From NCBI RefSeq assembly GCF_009914755.1, contig NC_060929.1: 64,000 bases of DNA. The stretch is one strand, 5' to 3'. The position numbers and the translations under genes were made by a program. The stretch's first letter is position 1. Each line of letters begins with the position of its first letter. The notes under the pieces are model-generated. The model saw only the letters and a program-made list of their open reading frames with translations. It had not been told where the DNA came from and searched no databases. Of the stretch, positions 1-15,267 are shown piece by piece. This DNA is from the human T2T-CHM13v2.0 reference genome, Homo sapiens.

Positions 1-783
1 TGTTTACAGTCTGTTATGGGCGGGGTAGGAAACACAAAAAATCTTAAGTTCTTTTTTGTAAGTTTCTGATAAGAATGTTCAAAACTATAAAATTTACATG
101 TGACAAATCAAATACAGAGCTGTAGACTATGAACAAAAATCTAAATATTCAATTTAATACCTTGTATTTCAAATTTAGATCATGTGTTAGCAAGCCTAAC
201 ACTTAGAGTTTATACCCAATAGATACCTCCTCTAATTTCTCCCAAATTGGATCTTTACTTCTTCCCTACTTGTTAATGTGACTTCATGAGAAATACTCAG
301 AACAACCCTATGGTGAAATGAACAAAGTACATGAATAGACAGTTCAAAAAGAAGAAATGTGTGAAACTCACAAACATGTAAAATATATTCAAAAATTTCT
401 CATAACCACCAGAATGTGTTCCTCTTTTTTGGGGGAACAGTGGGTTGGGAAAAGTGTTGGAAGAGTAGAAGTATCCTCGAGGCATTTTTTCTCTTTTTTT
501 GTGTGTGAGCAAGAACTGTACCATGCTGTTTTCTAAGTCATATTACTGGGGAGTAGGAAGTGATGAGAATAAAGAAAGGCCCCTTTCTACATGACTCCCC
601 TACACATGGAAATCTCCAGGAAGCTACACAGAGGTGAGTACAGTTTTGTACAAAATTCAGGCAAAATAATGGCCCACACAACACCAAGTCATGATGGGTA
701 TCCCAGAAATAATTTACATAGGAATTTCCACCACTCTGTGAAATGGTTGGAGCATAAGTTACATACTAATGAATACTGTTGAA

Positions 784-818
784 ACACACATACAAACACA
801 CACACACACACACACACA
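784..818. repeat. Interrupted (CA)n microsatellite
   Basis: acacacatacaaacacacacacacacacacacaca seen directly. Confidence 0.9.
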
Positions 819-2314
819 AACATATGTGTGGGTTTTTTTCTTGTCTCCCTCATTTCTAAAAATAGCTTACTATGGATGCATTGTCTAGTCTTTCCCTTTT
901 CCCAAATAAGATGTTGCATTGACCAATATGTGCCAATTTCAACAGTATGCATTTTTGCCTGTGTTTTAATGATAATTAAAAAACAAAAAGCCACACTGGC
1001 CAACAACTGGCAATAGTGTCATGCCTCTAGTTTGCTTCTTATAATGCTGAGAATTGCTCATCCAACAGATTGGGTTTTCCACGGCATTGTATTAATAGGT
1101 ATCCAATGCCATTATCACTGGAAACCCATAGAGAGTGTCTGATTTCAGAATAACACACATGCAAAACAATGTACAATGAGAATGGAAACTTTTAAAACAT
1201 TCACCTACAGGGTCAGGCTGGAAAGCATCTAGCAATTTTAGAAATTCTTCCTGAGCCACAGAGACTTTTGAATATTTTATGTATCAGAAGACCTCCTGAT
1301 GGCATTTTTGTTTCCTGGTTTTCAAGTTGACGTTTATTCAATCTAATGGGAAGCCAGATTTTAGGAAATATTTCTTCTCTCTTTGGGTTCTGCAATTATG
1401 CAGGGCAAAGAAGAAACAGTTTTAATGCTCCACTGGATATTTACAGTTGGATGATATTTTTCTTGTTCAGGGGCTGAATATACCCTGGTGTGCTGTTTTA
1501 AAAATCAATCATAGATACATTTACATAGTTAGTACAAGCACAGGCAGTCCACAGAGGGGGAAAGTTTCAGTGTTGGGGAAATAAGAATTAAGAATAGAAT
1601 TCCTACCAGCAACATTTTGGACCCAATTTCTACCCATTTTTCCTTTAATGCAGAGAATTTTTTAGAGTGAATTAGTTTTCCCACTGCATTGTATTAATCG
1701 GAATAAAAGTCATTATTAGAGCAAACCCATAGAGCAAGGTTGCTTAATTAGGAGGCAGTTCCTGGAATTAAAGACACAGACTTTCATAAAAACCCGATAC
1801 AGTATAACAAAGTGAAATTTTAACCAATTAACTTACATCTATACAACATTAAGCAGACATTAATTGTGTACATACAGAATTCGAGGGACTATCTAAGTGA
1901 TGTTTATACAGACATAAGTGAGAGGGAAATGGAAAGGAATTTACATGTTGGTATTTTTGAAAGTGTTATGTTTAAAAATATAAGTGCTGGGTTCCAATAC
2001 TACCACATTCATTTAGGGATTAGATTACTAATTTAACTATCATAAGCCTTGGTTCCTGATTTGTGTCCCCTTCTCTCATCATCCCCCCCCAAAAAAGAAC
2101 CATATCTGGATACTGACTTCTTACATCTCTTTGTGATAATGAAGATCAAGAAACAATGTGAACAAATTTTATGAATGTAATGCAAGGAATGACGATCCCA
2201 GGAGGATTTCAGGCACTGTTAGCAGGGTCGATGAGAGGGTATCCTGTGTGCCTGTGTGTGGAAAGCGGGGAGTGGTAGTCATGGAAAAGAAGGTTAGGAA
2301 CAAAACCATGCTCA

Positions 2315-2520
2315 CTTATTTTTTCAACAAATAATTATTGAGGCCCCTGCCAGGTGCTAATTCCTACTCCAGAGGAAGGGATGTGATAGTGAACAAAATA
2401 GATCTCTCCCTCTCCTGCCAAGAAAAACTTTCATGAACCTTACATTCTGGTGGAGGAAAGGTTTGACAAAAAAATAGATATACAAAACATATAAAATATC
2501 AGGTGTAAATAATAAAGTAG
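2315..2520 (-). mobile_element. L2 LINE 3' fragment
   Basis: ttcaacaaataattattgagg...tgccaggtgcta...gtgaacaaaatagat resembles the reverse complement of the L2 3' end. Confidence 0.6.
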
Positions 2521-2559
2521 GATGATATGGAGTGTGTATGTGTGCCTTCTAATTTAAAT

Positions 2560-3090
2560 TCAGAGGTTAGCTCTAGCTTCAGGCATGGTTAGATCCAGGA
2601 AACTGGTAAAATGATGTCATCAACATTTTTTATTTCTCCATCTGATGCTTGATTTCCTCATTACACCATAGGCCCTCTCATTATAGTAACTCCAAGAGTT
2701 CCAAGCTTATATTTTCACAAAGCTAGTGATTTCAGTGGATAAAACTTCTGTTTTCCGCGTAAACCCAGGAGGCGGAGCTTGCAGTGAGCCAAGATCGCGC
2801 CACTGCACTCTAGCCTGGGGGACAGAGCGAGACTCCATATCCAAAAAAAAAAACTTCTGTTCTCCAGTAGTTTTACCATACATCTGAAATGTTAAGTCTT
2901 GTTAGTGTGATTCATGTCGACTCCCTAACATAAACCAATCACTGGTGGAGAGAATATGTTGATAAGAGTAGGCCTGAGTCATGTGAGCATTTCAGACACC
3001 AAAGGGTTCTCCAAGTGGAAATGCGAATTCTCCTACTATAGTATGGCAGAATAAGTGTTTGGAAAGCAGAAGCAACAGATACCTAATACA
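2560..3090. mobile_element. Old ERVL-class solo LTR (LTR33-like), interrupted by an Alu
   Basis: gcttcaggcatggttagatccagg...aatgatgtcatc resembles LTR33; boundaries approximate. Confidence 0.45.
2757..2849 (+). mobile_element. 5'-truncated AluY (last ~85 nt of right arm plus poly-A) with 16-bp TSD
   Basis: gcgtaaacccaggaggcggagcttgcagtgagccaagatcgcgccactgc carries AluY diagnostics; TSD aaaacttctgttttcc (2741-2756) / aaaacttctgttctcc (2850-2865). Confidence 0.9.
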
Positions 3091-3557
3091 CTTTAACTTG
3101 CTCATCCTGCTTTTATTTTCTGATGCAACGCAAAACAGAGCTGTAGTGTTTGCATTACCTGTGTAGGGGGAAAGGGTTGTTTATATTTAGGAGCATCGTA
3201 CCCCTCCCAGCAGAGTTGCTGGGAAGTGATGGGCACTCAAATAGTTGTACTAAATAAATGAGTGAGAAAATGAATGAATGTGTGGTTTTGAAACCTAATT
3301 ATGGGTGACCTGCTTAAATAATATTTTCAACCACTGGTAGCATAATGAAAATTGTAAAGCATTTGTGTGTGTTTCACTGCCTTACAGTGTGAATAAAGAA
3401 ACATGGCTCAACCAGTTGTAATATGGTTGGATGCTATTAGATCCTTAATTGAATAATTACTGGTGTGAGTGTTTTTTTTCCTTTACTCTGATTACTTACG
3501 TGTGGTCTATATGTAGTCTTAAAAATTCTTTATAAAGGAAAAGTGAATTTCCTTCTA

Positions 3558-3598
3558 TTAGGTTGGTGCAAAAGTAATTGCAGCCTTGCCATTACTTT
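3558..3598 (+). mobile_element. Half MADE1 (Hsmar1 mariner MITE), single TIR arm
   Basis: ttaggttggtgcaaaagtaattgcagccttgccattact matches one MADE1 arm and is preceded by TA. Confidence 0.8.
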
Positions 3599-4463
3599 CC
3601 ATTTAATAATAAAGAGAAAGATTGACATTATCTGTCTACAATGTCTGTGATGTTCCATTGAATATTTATAATTTAAAATATGCATTTTAGTTTAATAAAA
3701 ATACGTGATCCAACTGGTAAATATCTTAAGTAAAGAAAACGCATTTTTGATGATTTCTATACAAGAATTTCATGGCTGAAATTCTTAGCTGTGTTTACTG
3801 TACTTCAGAAATGATTCCAGGTGATTAAATTAGTGTTGTTAGAAAGATGAAAAGGAACACTTTTTAGTACGTCTAATAAACTCTGCAGGCCTTTAGTCCT
3901 TAAATTATTCCCCAGAGAACTTCATATATAATAGGGATGTTTAACTAATGAGAAATGAAATCACAGATGGTGGTTGTAGAGGAGGATGGGCAGGGTTTCT
4001 CCATGACTGTGTAGTCTATTAAGGAGACAGTGATTGGTATTGGTCCATAGAAAGAGCCACATTAGCAATTTCATTCATAAATTGCACTTGGAAACTGGAA
4101 AGCTGAGTTGCTTTCCTTGCCCCAAATTGAACTGTTCTCTGGTGTAACTCCGTTATGCACAGATCAGTCATACCCAGAATGATAACACTGAAGTTTAACC
4201 ATATTTCTGCTGGTCTCCTTTAATATTTCTTTACACTTACTTATTCTGCCATCCATTCTTTATAGTATTTTTTTCCAAAAATTTACCATGGGGCAGAAAC
4301 TGTGATGAGCTGATGAGCATTTTATTACACCATCCCCTACTGTTGTTATCTCTGCTAATATTGTGACATTCTTTATCTGCATTGTCTATTAGGGAGCATT
4401 GCCCAGTGCATTCTTCCTTAGAAGTAGTATCTGCATTTTAACAGTGGTTTATCGTCCTAACTT

Positions 4464-4634
4464 AGTAGTTCTCAAATTTGAGTATGTACCAAAATCACCT
4501 GCAAGACTTGCTAAAACAAATTTCCGGACCCATTCCTAGAGTTCTGACTCAGTAGATCTGGGGTTATGCCCAAGAATTTTTAACCAATTCTCAAGAGAGG
4601 CTGATGGTGGCAGACCACACGTTGAGAAGCAGTG
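4464..4634. mobile_element. MER5A (hAT-Charlie) DNA transposon
   Basis: agtagttctcaaatttgag...aatcacctg...ttctgactcagtagatctgggg...gaccacacgttgagaagcagtg with terminal inverted repeats. Confidence 0.75.
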
Positions 4635-4909
4635 TTCGACCTCAGAATAGAAGATTATGCTGAATATCTGTTTGACGCTGAGGAGAGTTAGAGGTAGAGT
4701 GAAAAGTGCTGAGTTCTCCCCAGTTCTTTCATTTAGGGAATAGATTGCTAAATTAACTATTCCCAGCTTTGCTTTCTTGAATTGTTAATTTGTGTATGTA
4801 CATGGGTAACTTCTTAGGGATTTTTGTGGAAATAAAAGTCAAGAAAGGGTATGAAATACCTTGGAGAACTCTTAGTATTATCTGGAAGAAAGGTACTGAA
4901 AATAATTCT

Positions 4910-7645
<2,736 letters not shown>

Positions 7646-7983
7646 GAGCACATACAATGCTGAGATAGGGTCAGTCAGGGTGTCTGTCATAGAGTGGATG
7701 GTAATAAGAAGGGAAATTTGGCATAGGATGATCTCTTTTTTATCCTCCATTTATTCAACAAATATTTATTGATCACTCTGTGTTAATGGACAGATGCCGT
7801 TGTGAATAAGAGAGACAAAAACCCATGCTTTCAGAGTGTTTACATTCTAAAAGGGAAATACGACAACAAAGAGGGTAAACAAATAGCACACTCAGTGATA
7901 ACAAGTGTTATCAGGGCTTGGGTGTAAGAAGAGAAGCAATTTTAACTTATACCTAGTACATGGGCTATTATAATAATTAAAAT

Positions 7984-8165
7984 AGCAGTTTCCAAAATTT
8001 GCTGTGCAACATAATCTCTTGTAGAAACTTGATCAGAATACAGAATCTCATACTCCACTCATAGGTATTCTTATTCAGCAGATCTGGAAGGGAGACTGAG
8101 AGTTACCCTTTTGACTGAAAGATGGCTCTGATGCAAACAGCTTTTTGGGATTCACTGAGAAATAG
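7984..8165. mobile_element. MER5-type DNA transposon
   Basis: gcagtttccaaaatttgctgtgca...ttcttattcagcagatctgga...cactgagaaatagt. Confidence 0.55.
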
Positions 8166-8436
8166 TAAACTAGAGGGTGGTAAGAAGGTTTAGAAATGTA
8201 GCTAGAGAGGGTTGGCCTAGAAAGGCGCATGAAACCGAAGGAACAGAAACAAGGAGAAAAAATGAGGACTAAAATCCCAATAGAGAGATGTACTGAAAAG
8301 CCAAGGCAGTACATCAGGGTGGAAAGAAATAGGTGGTAGGTCAGAGTGACCGAGGTTTGATTCTGGATTCTGACTCTTCCTCATCGGTTAGGTGGCCCTG
8401 GGCATGCCACTCAGCTTGGAACTTTAGTTCCGTTTC

Positions 8437-8438
<2 letters not shown>

Positions 8439-8474
<36 letters not shown>
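8439..8474. repeat. (TG)18 microsatellite
   Basis: Seen directly. Confidence 0.95.
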
Positions 8475-8482
<8 letters not shown>

Positions 8483-8564
8483 TATGGGTACATGCACACT
8501 TGCATGTATATATATTCATCGATACACATACTCTTTGCTGACATTGTTTTAAAGCTTAGAGATA

Positions 8565-8721
8565 GGCTGGGCATGGTGTCTCTCACCTGTAATCCCAGCC
8601 CTTTGTGAGGCTAAGCTGGGAGGATTGCTTGACCCCAGAAATTTGAGCCTGCAGTGAGCTAGGATCACATCACTACACTCCAGCCTGAGTGACAAAGTGA
8701 GGCTCTGTCTCAAAAACAAAC
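8565..8721 (+). mobile_element. Alu monomer (FRAM-like)
   Basis: Single right-arm-type monomer ggctgggcatggtg...gcagtgagctaggatcacatcactacactccagcc...caaaaacaaa; TSD aagcttagagata / aaggctagagata. Confidence 0.8.
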
Positions 8722-10098
8722 AAGGCTAGAGATAGAAAATATATGCCAAGTGCCAGGTACTGCGTCTGGACAAAATGTAGCCATGACAGTGATCTTTATT
8801 TGCAGTCATATGCAGTTCAGTTAGAATACATTCTCAAAACATTCTATGAGGACTAAGAGAACCTAAAAACATAAAAGCTGTGCAAGGAGAATCTTGAGAC
8901 TTATCATGTTCTTCAGAATATCTTTTGAATGTAGGCATATGCCAGGAAAATTTTCATGTCAGAAAATAGTTTGGAAATAGTCAATTTGGTAGAACTCTCG
9001 GGAGCTTTGCTGCCACTGAATTCTCTTTCTCTGTGTTTTTTGAGTACTTGTCAAAGACCTAAGGAAATCAATAGTTCTGAGGCCATCACTTGGCACATAA
9101 AATATCTAACATAGTGGAACTAAGAGTTTTTACATTATTTCATGTGTACCATAAGGGCCGCTTTCTCTTTCCAACTGAATCCCAGGATGGATGAAACATT
9201 TCTTTGCCTGCTGGAAATTAACTTTATTTGGCATCCTTTCTGGCTTTTGTTGCCTATTCTGAATGTTTATGTTTTTACAATAAGCATTATATGATGCCCT
9301 TAAGAGCATCCATCGTCGTGTTCAGTGTTTGTCCAAAAGAGAACCAACTAGGCTTTTTATTCCTGAGACTGAACTGAATCTCCAACACAGTGAAAAAATA
9401 ATACAATGGCAAACTCAGTGTGTTAGTGGTTTCATGGGACTGAAGATCAGAAGAAATGCTCTTAGTTCTTTCCTACAGATGAATAAATTACAAATTTGGG
9501 CTTTTAAATAAACATGTCTTTAGTTCAATTTTTTTTTCCTGACATTTTTCAGATATCCAGCATTTGTTCCAAGTAATCTGTTTTGTGTTTTGATTCTAAC
9601 TGTAAGAATGTTACTGCCTGATTAAGTCCGTAGGATCTAGACACTGGCCCCTTGGGTCCCACTTTCTGACTTTATGCCATCGGTTTTTTAAGTGACATGT
9701 CCATTTTTTTATCCTGCAAAAAATATAAAGTGCAGGAAATTATTTTTTGCCCCCATGGCCTCCTAGCACAGAAATGGGCACATTATTGGCATTAGGTAAA
9801 TTATTTGATTAAATTTCACTGATTAAAACAAGGAGTTAGAGTCCTTGTTAGCTCCTCTATTTCCTCTGCAATGGAATTTTCCTAAATGTGTTCTACAGAA
9901 GATTAGTCCTATAAAGTTCTCTGTTAAAGAGGAGTTTGTGGTCATATAAGTTTAAAAAACACTGTGTGTATTGATCCCCTCGTGGATATTCATAGCACAC
10001 ATTGGATACAAAGTTCTGAAAAAATTTAGCATTAAGGATCCTATTTAACATCATATAATTAGTTGGCTTCCCAAAAAAAATTGAGCAAGCAACCCCTT

Positions 10099-10364
10099 AT
10101 TTTTACTTTATTTTTATTTTTATTTTATTTTAAGTTCCGGGATACACGTGCAGAATGTGCAGGTTTGTTACATAGGTAAATATGTGCCATGGTGGTTTGC
10201 TGCCCCTACCAACCCATCACCTGGGTATTAAGCCCCGTATGCATTAGCTATTTATACTGGGCTCTACCTCCACCCCTCACCCCCCACAGGCCCCGTTGTG
10301 TGTTGCTCCCCTCTCTGTGTCCATGTGTTCTCATTGTTCAGTTCCCACTTATAAGTGAGAACAT
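10099..10364 (-). mobile_element. L1PA (approx. PA10-PA13) 3' UTR fragment
   Basis: tttaagttccgggatacacgtgcagaatgtgcaggtttgttacatagg...cccacttataagtgagaacat; TSD caagcaacc(c/t)ctt at 10086 and 10366. Confidence 0.85.
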
Positions 10365-10496
10365 CCAAGCAACCTCTTTCTATTGCTTCTTCTTTTTTTT
10401 ATTTTTTTATTTTTATTTTATTTTATTTTTGGCTGTGAGAACTCTTTGAGAAATCCTGCTGTACCACACTTGAGCATCACAGTCAATTTTCTAATA

Positions 10497-10630
10497 TTAT
10501 TTTTAATTTTTATAAAGACAAGGTCTAGCTTTTGTTGCTCAGGCTAGTCGCTAACCCCTCGCTTCAAGCAATCCGCCCGTCCTAGTCTCCTGAGTAGCCA
10601 GGATTACAGGTGTGAGCCACCATGCCTGGC
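10497..10630 (-). mobile_element. Alu left-arm monomer (FLAM)
   Basis: tttttataaagacaaggtct...gattacaggtgtgagccaccatgcctggc, a single monomer. Confidence 0.8.
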
Positions 10631-10904
10631 TCCAGTTCAATTCAATAAATGTTCTCTGAGAACCTACTGTATGCAAAGTAGTATGAATGTCTAGTCTCTA
10701 GAATTTCCCCATCTTTATATATAGGTAATAATACTGAATTATATGGAATCAAGTGCTGATTTCATGTGCTGTAAAACAAACATGATTGATAAAGAAGAAA
10801 GACAATCTTATAGGCAGGGGCAATTAGAGAATGGTTGAATACTGGAAAGATTTTTAAACAGGGTTTGAAAAATGGAAAAGGCTTTGTACATTAATATCAA
10901 TGAT

Positions 10905-11130
10905 GATAATAATAGCAAACACTTAGTGCTAGGTACTGTGGTGAGAGTGCTGTGGGTCCTTTGATCTTCCCAACTACCCTAAACATAGGTACTATTATTA
11001 CCTGTATTTTACAGTTGAGAACACTGAGACAGAGAAAGCTTAAGTAACTTCCCAGGTATGTGGCTAGAAGTGAAGGATGTGAACTTGGGAAGGCTAACCC
11101 CAAAGCCCATGTTCTCAACTACTGTGCTAA
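10905..11130 (-). mobile_element. MIR SINE
   Basis: MIR core attttacagttgagaacactgagacagagaaagcttaagtaacttcccagg. Confidence 0.75.
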
Positions 11131-11229
11131 CCAAGACGGTTCCACAGTGGTCATTATGTTCATAAGTTAACTGCATCTGTGATCATTGCCTGGTTACTCC
11201 CTAGTATCTTTTTCAAGAAATAAGGAAGA

Positions 11230-11440
11230 TTGCTCAAGAATCTAAGTTCCAGTGCTGCTCCAACACTTACCCAGCTGTGTAGATTTTGCAAGGTACTTAC
11301 TGTCTCCGAGTCCTAGTGTTCTCACTTCTGAAACAGGTAGGTTGGCAGTATCTGCCTCATGCAGTCCTGGTAAGGAATGAAAAGTTGCACATGAAGTGTT
11401 GAACATAGTTCCTGGTACATATTAAATGTACAATATATAG
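11230..11440 (+). mobile_element. MIR SINE
   Basis: ttccagtgctgc...cagctgtgt...gcaaggtacttactgtctccgagtcctagtgttctcacttctgaaa. Confidence 0.6.
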
Positions 11441-11676
11441 TGGTGACTGTGAGAAAGTTTTAAATGTTAGATTTTACATAAAGCAGCATCTAATTTTGCA
11501 GAAATTAAATTCTTCACTGGTTTGATAGGTATACCTCTTCTCTATCCATATGATTTACCCTCTCTTTTTAAAATAAGGTTCTGAGATGAATATAAAAAAT
11601 GGAAAAGAATTTAAGTAAATACCCCTCTGTAATCCCTGAACACATCTGACTTTACATTTATTTTGATCCATAGATC

Positions 11677-12325
11677 CAGAATCACAAACTTGCCTGTAAA
11701 GGGTCAAATAGTAAATTTTAGGCTTTGTTGGACATAGTGGCTCTGTTGCAAACTATAGTCATCCCTCAGTATCAATAAGATAATAGTTCTAGGACCCCTG
11801 TGGATAACATAATCTGAGGATGCTCAGGTCTTAGAGCCGGCCCTTGACATCCACACGTTCTGCATCTGCAGATAAGGACAGGCAACTCTACATGACTCTG
11901 CCATTGTAGTACAAAAGCAGCCAAAGATGGTATTGAGTTGGTTCAGTGGGTACAAACATACAGTTAGACAGAAGGTACAAGTTTTAATGTTCAATAGCAG
12001 AGTAGGATGACTGTACTTAGCAACACCGTATTCTATATTTCAAAACAGCTAGAAGAGAGAACTTGAATTGTTCCCAAAACAAAGAAATATTCAATACTCA
12101 AGGTGATTGACATCCCAAATACCCTGTCTTGGTCATTTTACATGCTATGCATGTAAAAAACAACCAGATGTACCCCATAAATATGTAAAATATGATGTAT
12201 CACTAAAAATAAATAAAATAATGAATCAATAAAATGAGCATAACTATGTTCCAATAAAATGTCATTTACAAAAACAGGCAACAGGCCAGACAGTTTGGTT
12301 TACAGACAGTTTTATCAACCGTTAG
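11677..12325 (+). mobile_element. MER58A (hAT-Charlie) split by a MER2-type Tigger MITE (~11756-11888) and an L1MA 3' end (~11930-12220)
   Basis: MER58 pieces ctgtaaagggtcaaatagtaaattttaggc / ctctgccattgtagtacaaaagcagcc / tgttccaataaaatgtcatttacaaaaacaggc; MER2 start agtcatccctcagtatc; L1MA end gggtacaaacatacagttag...taccccataaatatg. Confidence 0.7.
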
Positions 12326-12440
12326 TCTAGAAAAACAAAAATTTTCATTAAAATTTATCCCGTACTTGTCTATTTGTTCATTGATTTAATTGTATTTCTT
12401 GTGGTAAAATATCCACAACGTAATATTTACTATCTTAACC

Positions 12441-12955
12441 TTTTTTTTCCTACTCTCTAAAGGGAAGGGAGAAACTAGCTATTCTCACGAAACTTGCCTT
12501 TTTGTTAAATGCCTTTACTCTCTAGATTTTTTCCTTATATACTATTATTATTATCTTTTTAAGATGACAAATAAAAATTGTATGCATTTATGGTAAACAA
12601 CATGATGCTTTGAAATATGTATACATTGTGGAGCTAAATAACATATGCATTACCTTATATGCTTATCATTTATTTGTGGTGGGAACACTTGAAATCTCTT
12701 AGAAATTTTCAAATACATAATGCATTGTTATTAATGATTTGTACAATAGATCTTTTGAACTTATTCCTTCTGTTTAACTGAAATTTTGTACTCTTTGAAA
12801 AACATCTTCCCAACCCCACCCCAGCCACTAGTAACCACCATTCTACTCTCTGCTTCTATGACTTTGACTTTTTTAGATGCTGTGTATAAGTGAGATCTGC
12901 AGTATTTATCTTTCTGTGTCTGGCTTATTTCACTTAACATCAGGTCCTCCAGTTT
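12441..12955 (-). mobile_element. L1MA 3' fragment (12555-12955) plus ~110-bp non-L1 tail, inserted in the L1MB
   Basis: L1MA end gacaaataaaaattgtatgcatttatgg...; flanked by ctatcttaaccttttt (12430) / ctatcctaaccattttt (12956). Confidence 0.75.
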
Positions 12956-13872
12956 CTATCCTAACCATTTTTAAGTGTACACTTCATTGATATTAAGTAC
13001 ATTTAAATTATTATGAAAGCATTACTACCACTTGTCTCCTCAACTCCTTTCATCTTGCAAAACTCAAACCCTATACCCGTTAAACAATAATTTCACCTGC
13101 CCCTCAGGCCCTGGCAACCATCATTCTACTTTTTATCGCTATAATTTTGACTAAGTACCACGAACAAGTGGGATCTTACGTATTTGCTTTTTTGTGACTG
13201 GCATATATTTAGCATAACGTCCTCAAGGTTTATTCAAGTTGTAGCATATATCAGAATTTCCTTCCTTTGAAAGCTGAATACTAATTCCATTGTATGGATA
13301 CCCACATTTGCTTATCCTTAAATGTGGTTGCTTCCACATTTTAGCTATTGTAAACAATGCTGCTATAAAACCTTGGTGTATTAATATCTCTTCAAGACTC
13401 TGCTTTCCATTATTTTTTGAGTATATACCCAGAAGTAGAATTGCTGGATTATATGATCACTCAATTTTTAAGTTTCTGATAAACCACCATACTATTTTCC
13501 ACAGTGGGATGTTCCATTTTAGATTCCCACAGGCAGTATACAATTCCAGTTTCTACACATCCTTGCTAACACTAATTATTTTCTCTTTTGCTGATAGTAG
13601 ACATCCTAATGGGTTTGAGATGGTATCTTATTGTAGTTATACTTTTCATTTCCCCAATGATACTGATTTGGGGCATCTTTTCATATGCTTATTGGCCATT
13701 TGTTACCTTCTTTGGAGAAATGTCTGTTTGTGCAAGTCTGTTGTCTAATTTTGAGTTACTTTGTTTATTTTTAAGTTACTGAGTTTTAGGAGTTCTCTCT
13801 ATATTCTGAATATTAATCCTTTATCAGAAATATGATTTAGACATATTTCCTCCCATTCTGAGGGTTGCCTTT

Positions 13873-14052
13873 CTTTTCTGTTTTTTTTTAGAGGTGGGGT
13901 CTTTTTATGTTGCATAGGCTGAAGTGCAGTGGCTATTCAGAAGGCATGATGATCATAGTGCGCTACAACCTCAAACTTCAAGGCTCAAGTGATCCTCCTG
14001 CCTCAGTTTTCCAAACAGCTGAAATTAGAGGGTGTATAATAACATACCTGGC
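13873..14052 (-). mobile_element. FAM (fossil Alu monomer)
   Basis: Contains the 7SL-derived gtggctattca(g) segment typical of FAM; TSD tg(a/t)gggttgccttt. Confidence 0.75.
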
Positions 14053-15127
14053 TTTGTGGGTTGCCTTTTGACTCTGTTGATAGAATATTTAATGCACAAA
14101 ATTTTTAAATTTTCTTAAAGTTACATTTGTCTGCTTTTTTTCTTTTCTTGCCTTTTTAAAATTTTCTTGCCTTTGCCTTTGGTGTCATATCCAAGAAAGC
14201 ATTGCCAATTTCAAGGTTGTAAAGCTTTTGTTCTATGTTTTCTTCTAAGAGTTTTATAGCTTTAGCTCTTGCATGTAGGTCTTTGATCCATTTTGAATTA
14301 CTTTTTGTATATGTGTTAGGGAAGGAGTCAGCTTCATTCTTTTGCATGTGGATGTCCAGTTTCCCCAGCACCATTTGTTGAAATGATTATATCTTCCCTA
14401 TTAAATGATATTGAAACCTTTGTCAAAAATCATTTTACCATATATGTCAAGGTTTTTTTATTCTATTTTATTCCGTTGGTCTATGTATCTGTATTTATGC
14501 CATTATCACATTGTTTTGATTATTGAGGCTTGGTAGTAAGTTGTGAAATCAGGACATATGAGTCCTTTAGTTTTGTTCTTCCCTTTCAGGATTGTTTTGG
14601 CTCTTCAGGATCTCTTAAGGTTCCATGTGAATTCTAGCATAAATTTTTCTACTGCAAGAAAGAAAGAAAAGAAAAGAAAAAGATATTCTTGAAATTTTGA
14701 TAGGGATTGCATTAAATCTGTAGATCATTTTGAATAGTATTGACATCTTAACAATATTAAATCTTCCAATCCATGAACATGAGGTGCGTTTCCATTTATT
14801 TATGTCTTTTTAAATTTCTTTCAGAATCGATTTGTAGTTTTCATTGTAGAAATATTTTACCTCTTTGGTTAAATCATTTTGAAGTATTTTATTCTTTTGA
14901 TGCTATTTTAAATGGAATTGTTGGTATTGTTTTCTTTCATTTTTGAATTGCTCATTTAAGTGCATAAAAATGCAAATGATTTTTGCATGTCGACTTTGTA
15001 TCCTTTTACTTTATTGAATTTGTTAGTTATAACAGAGATTTTTTGGTGGAATATTTAGGGTTTTCTACATATAAATTATATTTGTGAACAGAGATAATTT
15101 TATTTCTCCCTTTCAAATTTAGATGCC

Positions 15128-15267
15128 AGCTGGGCACAATGGCTCATTCTTGTAATCCCAGCATCTCAGGAGGCCGAGGCAAGAGGATCACTTGAGGTTC
15201 GGAGTTCAAGACTGGCCTGGTCAACATAAAGACCAAGTCTCTATAAAAAGTAAAAAAAAAGCAAAAT
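15128..15267 (+). mobile_element. FLAM_C Alu monomer
   Basis: Left-arm monomer with A-tail; TSD aaattt(a/g)gatgc. Confidence 0.8.
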
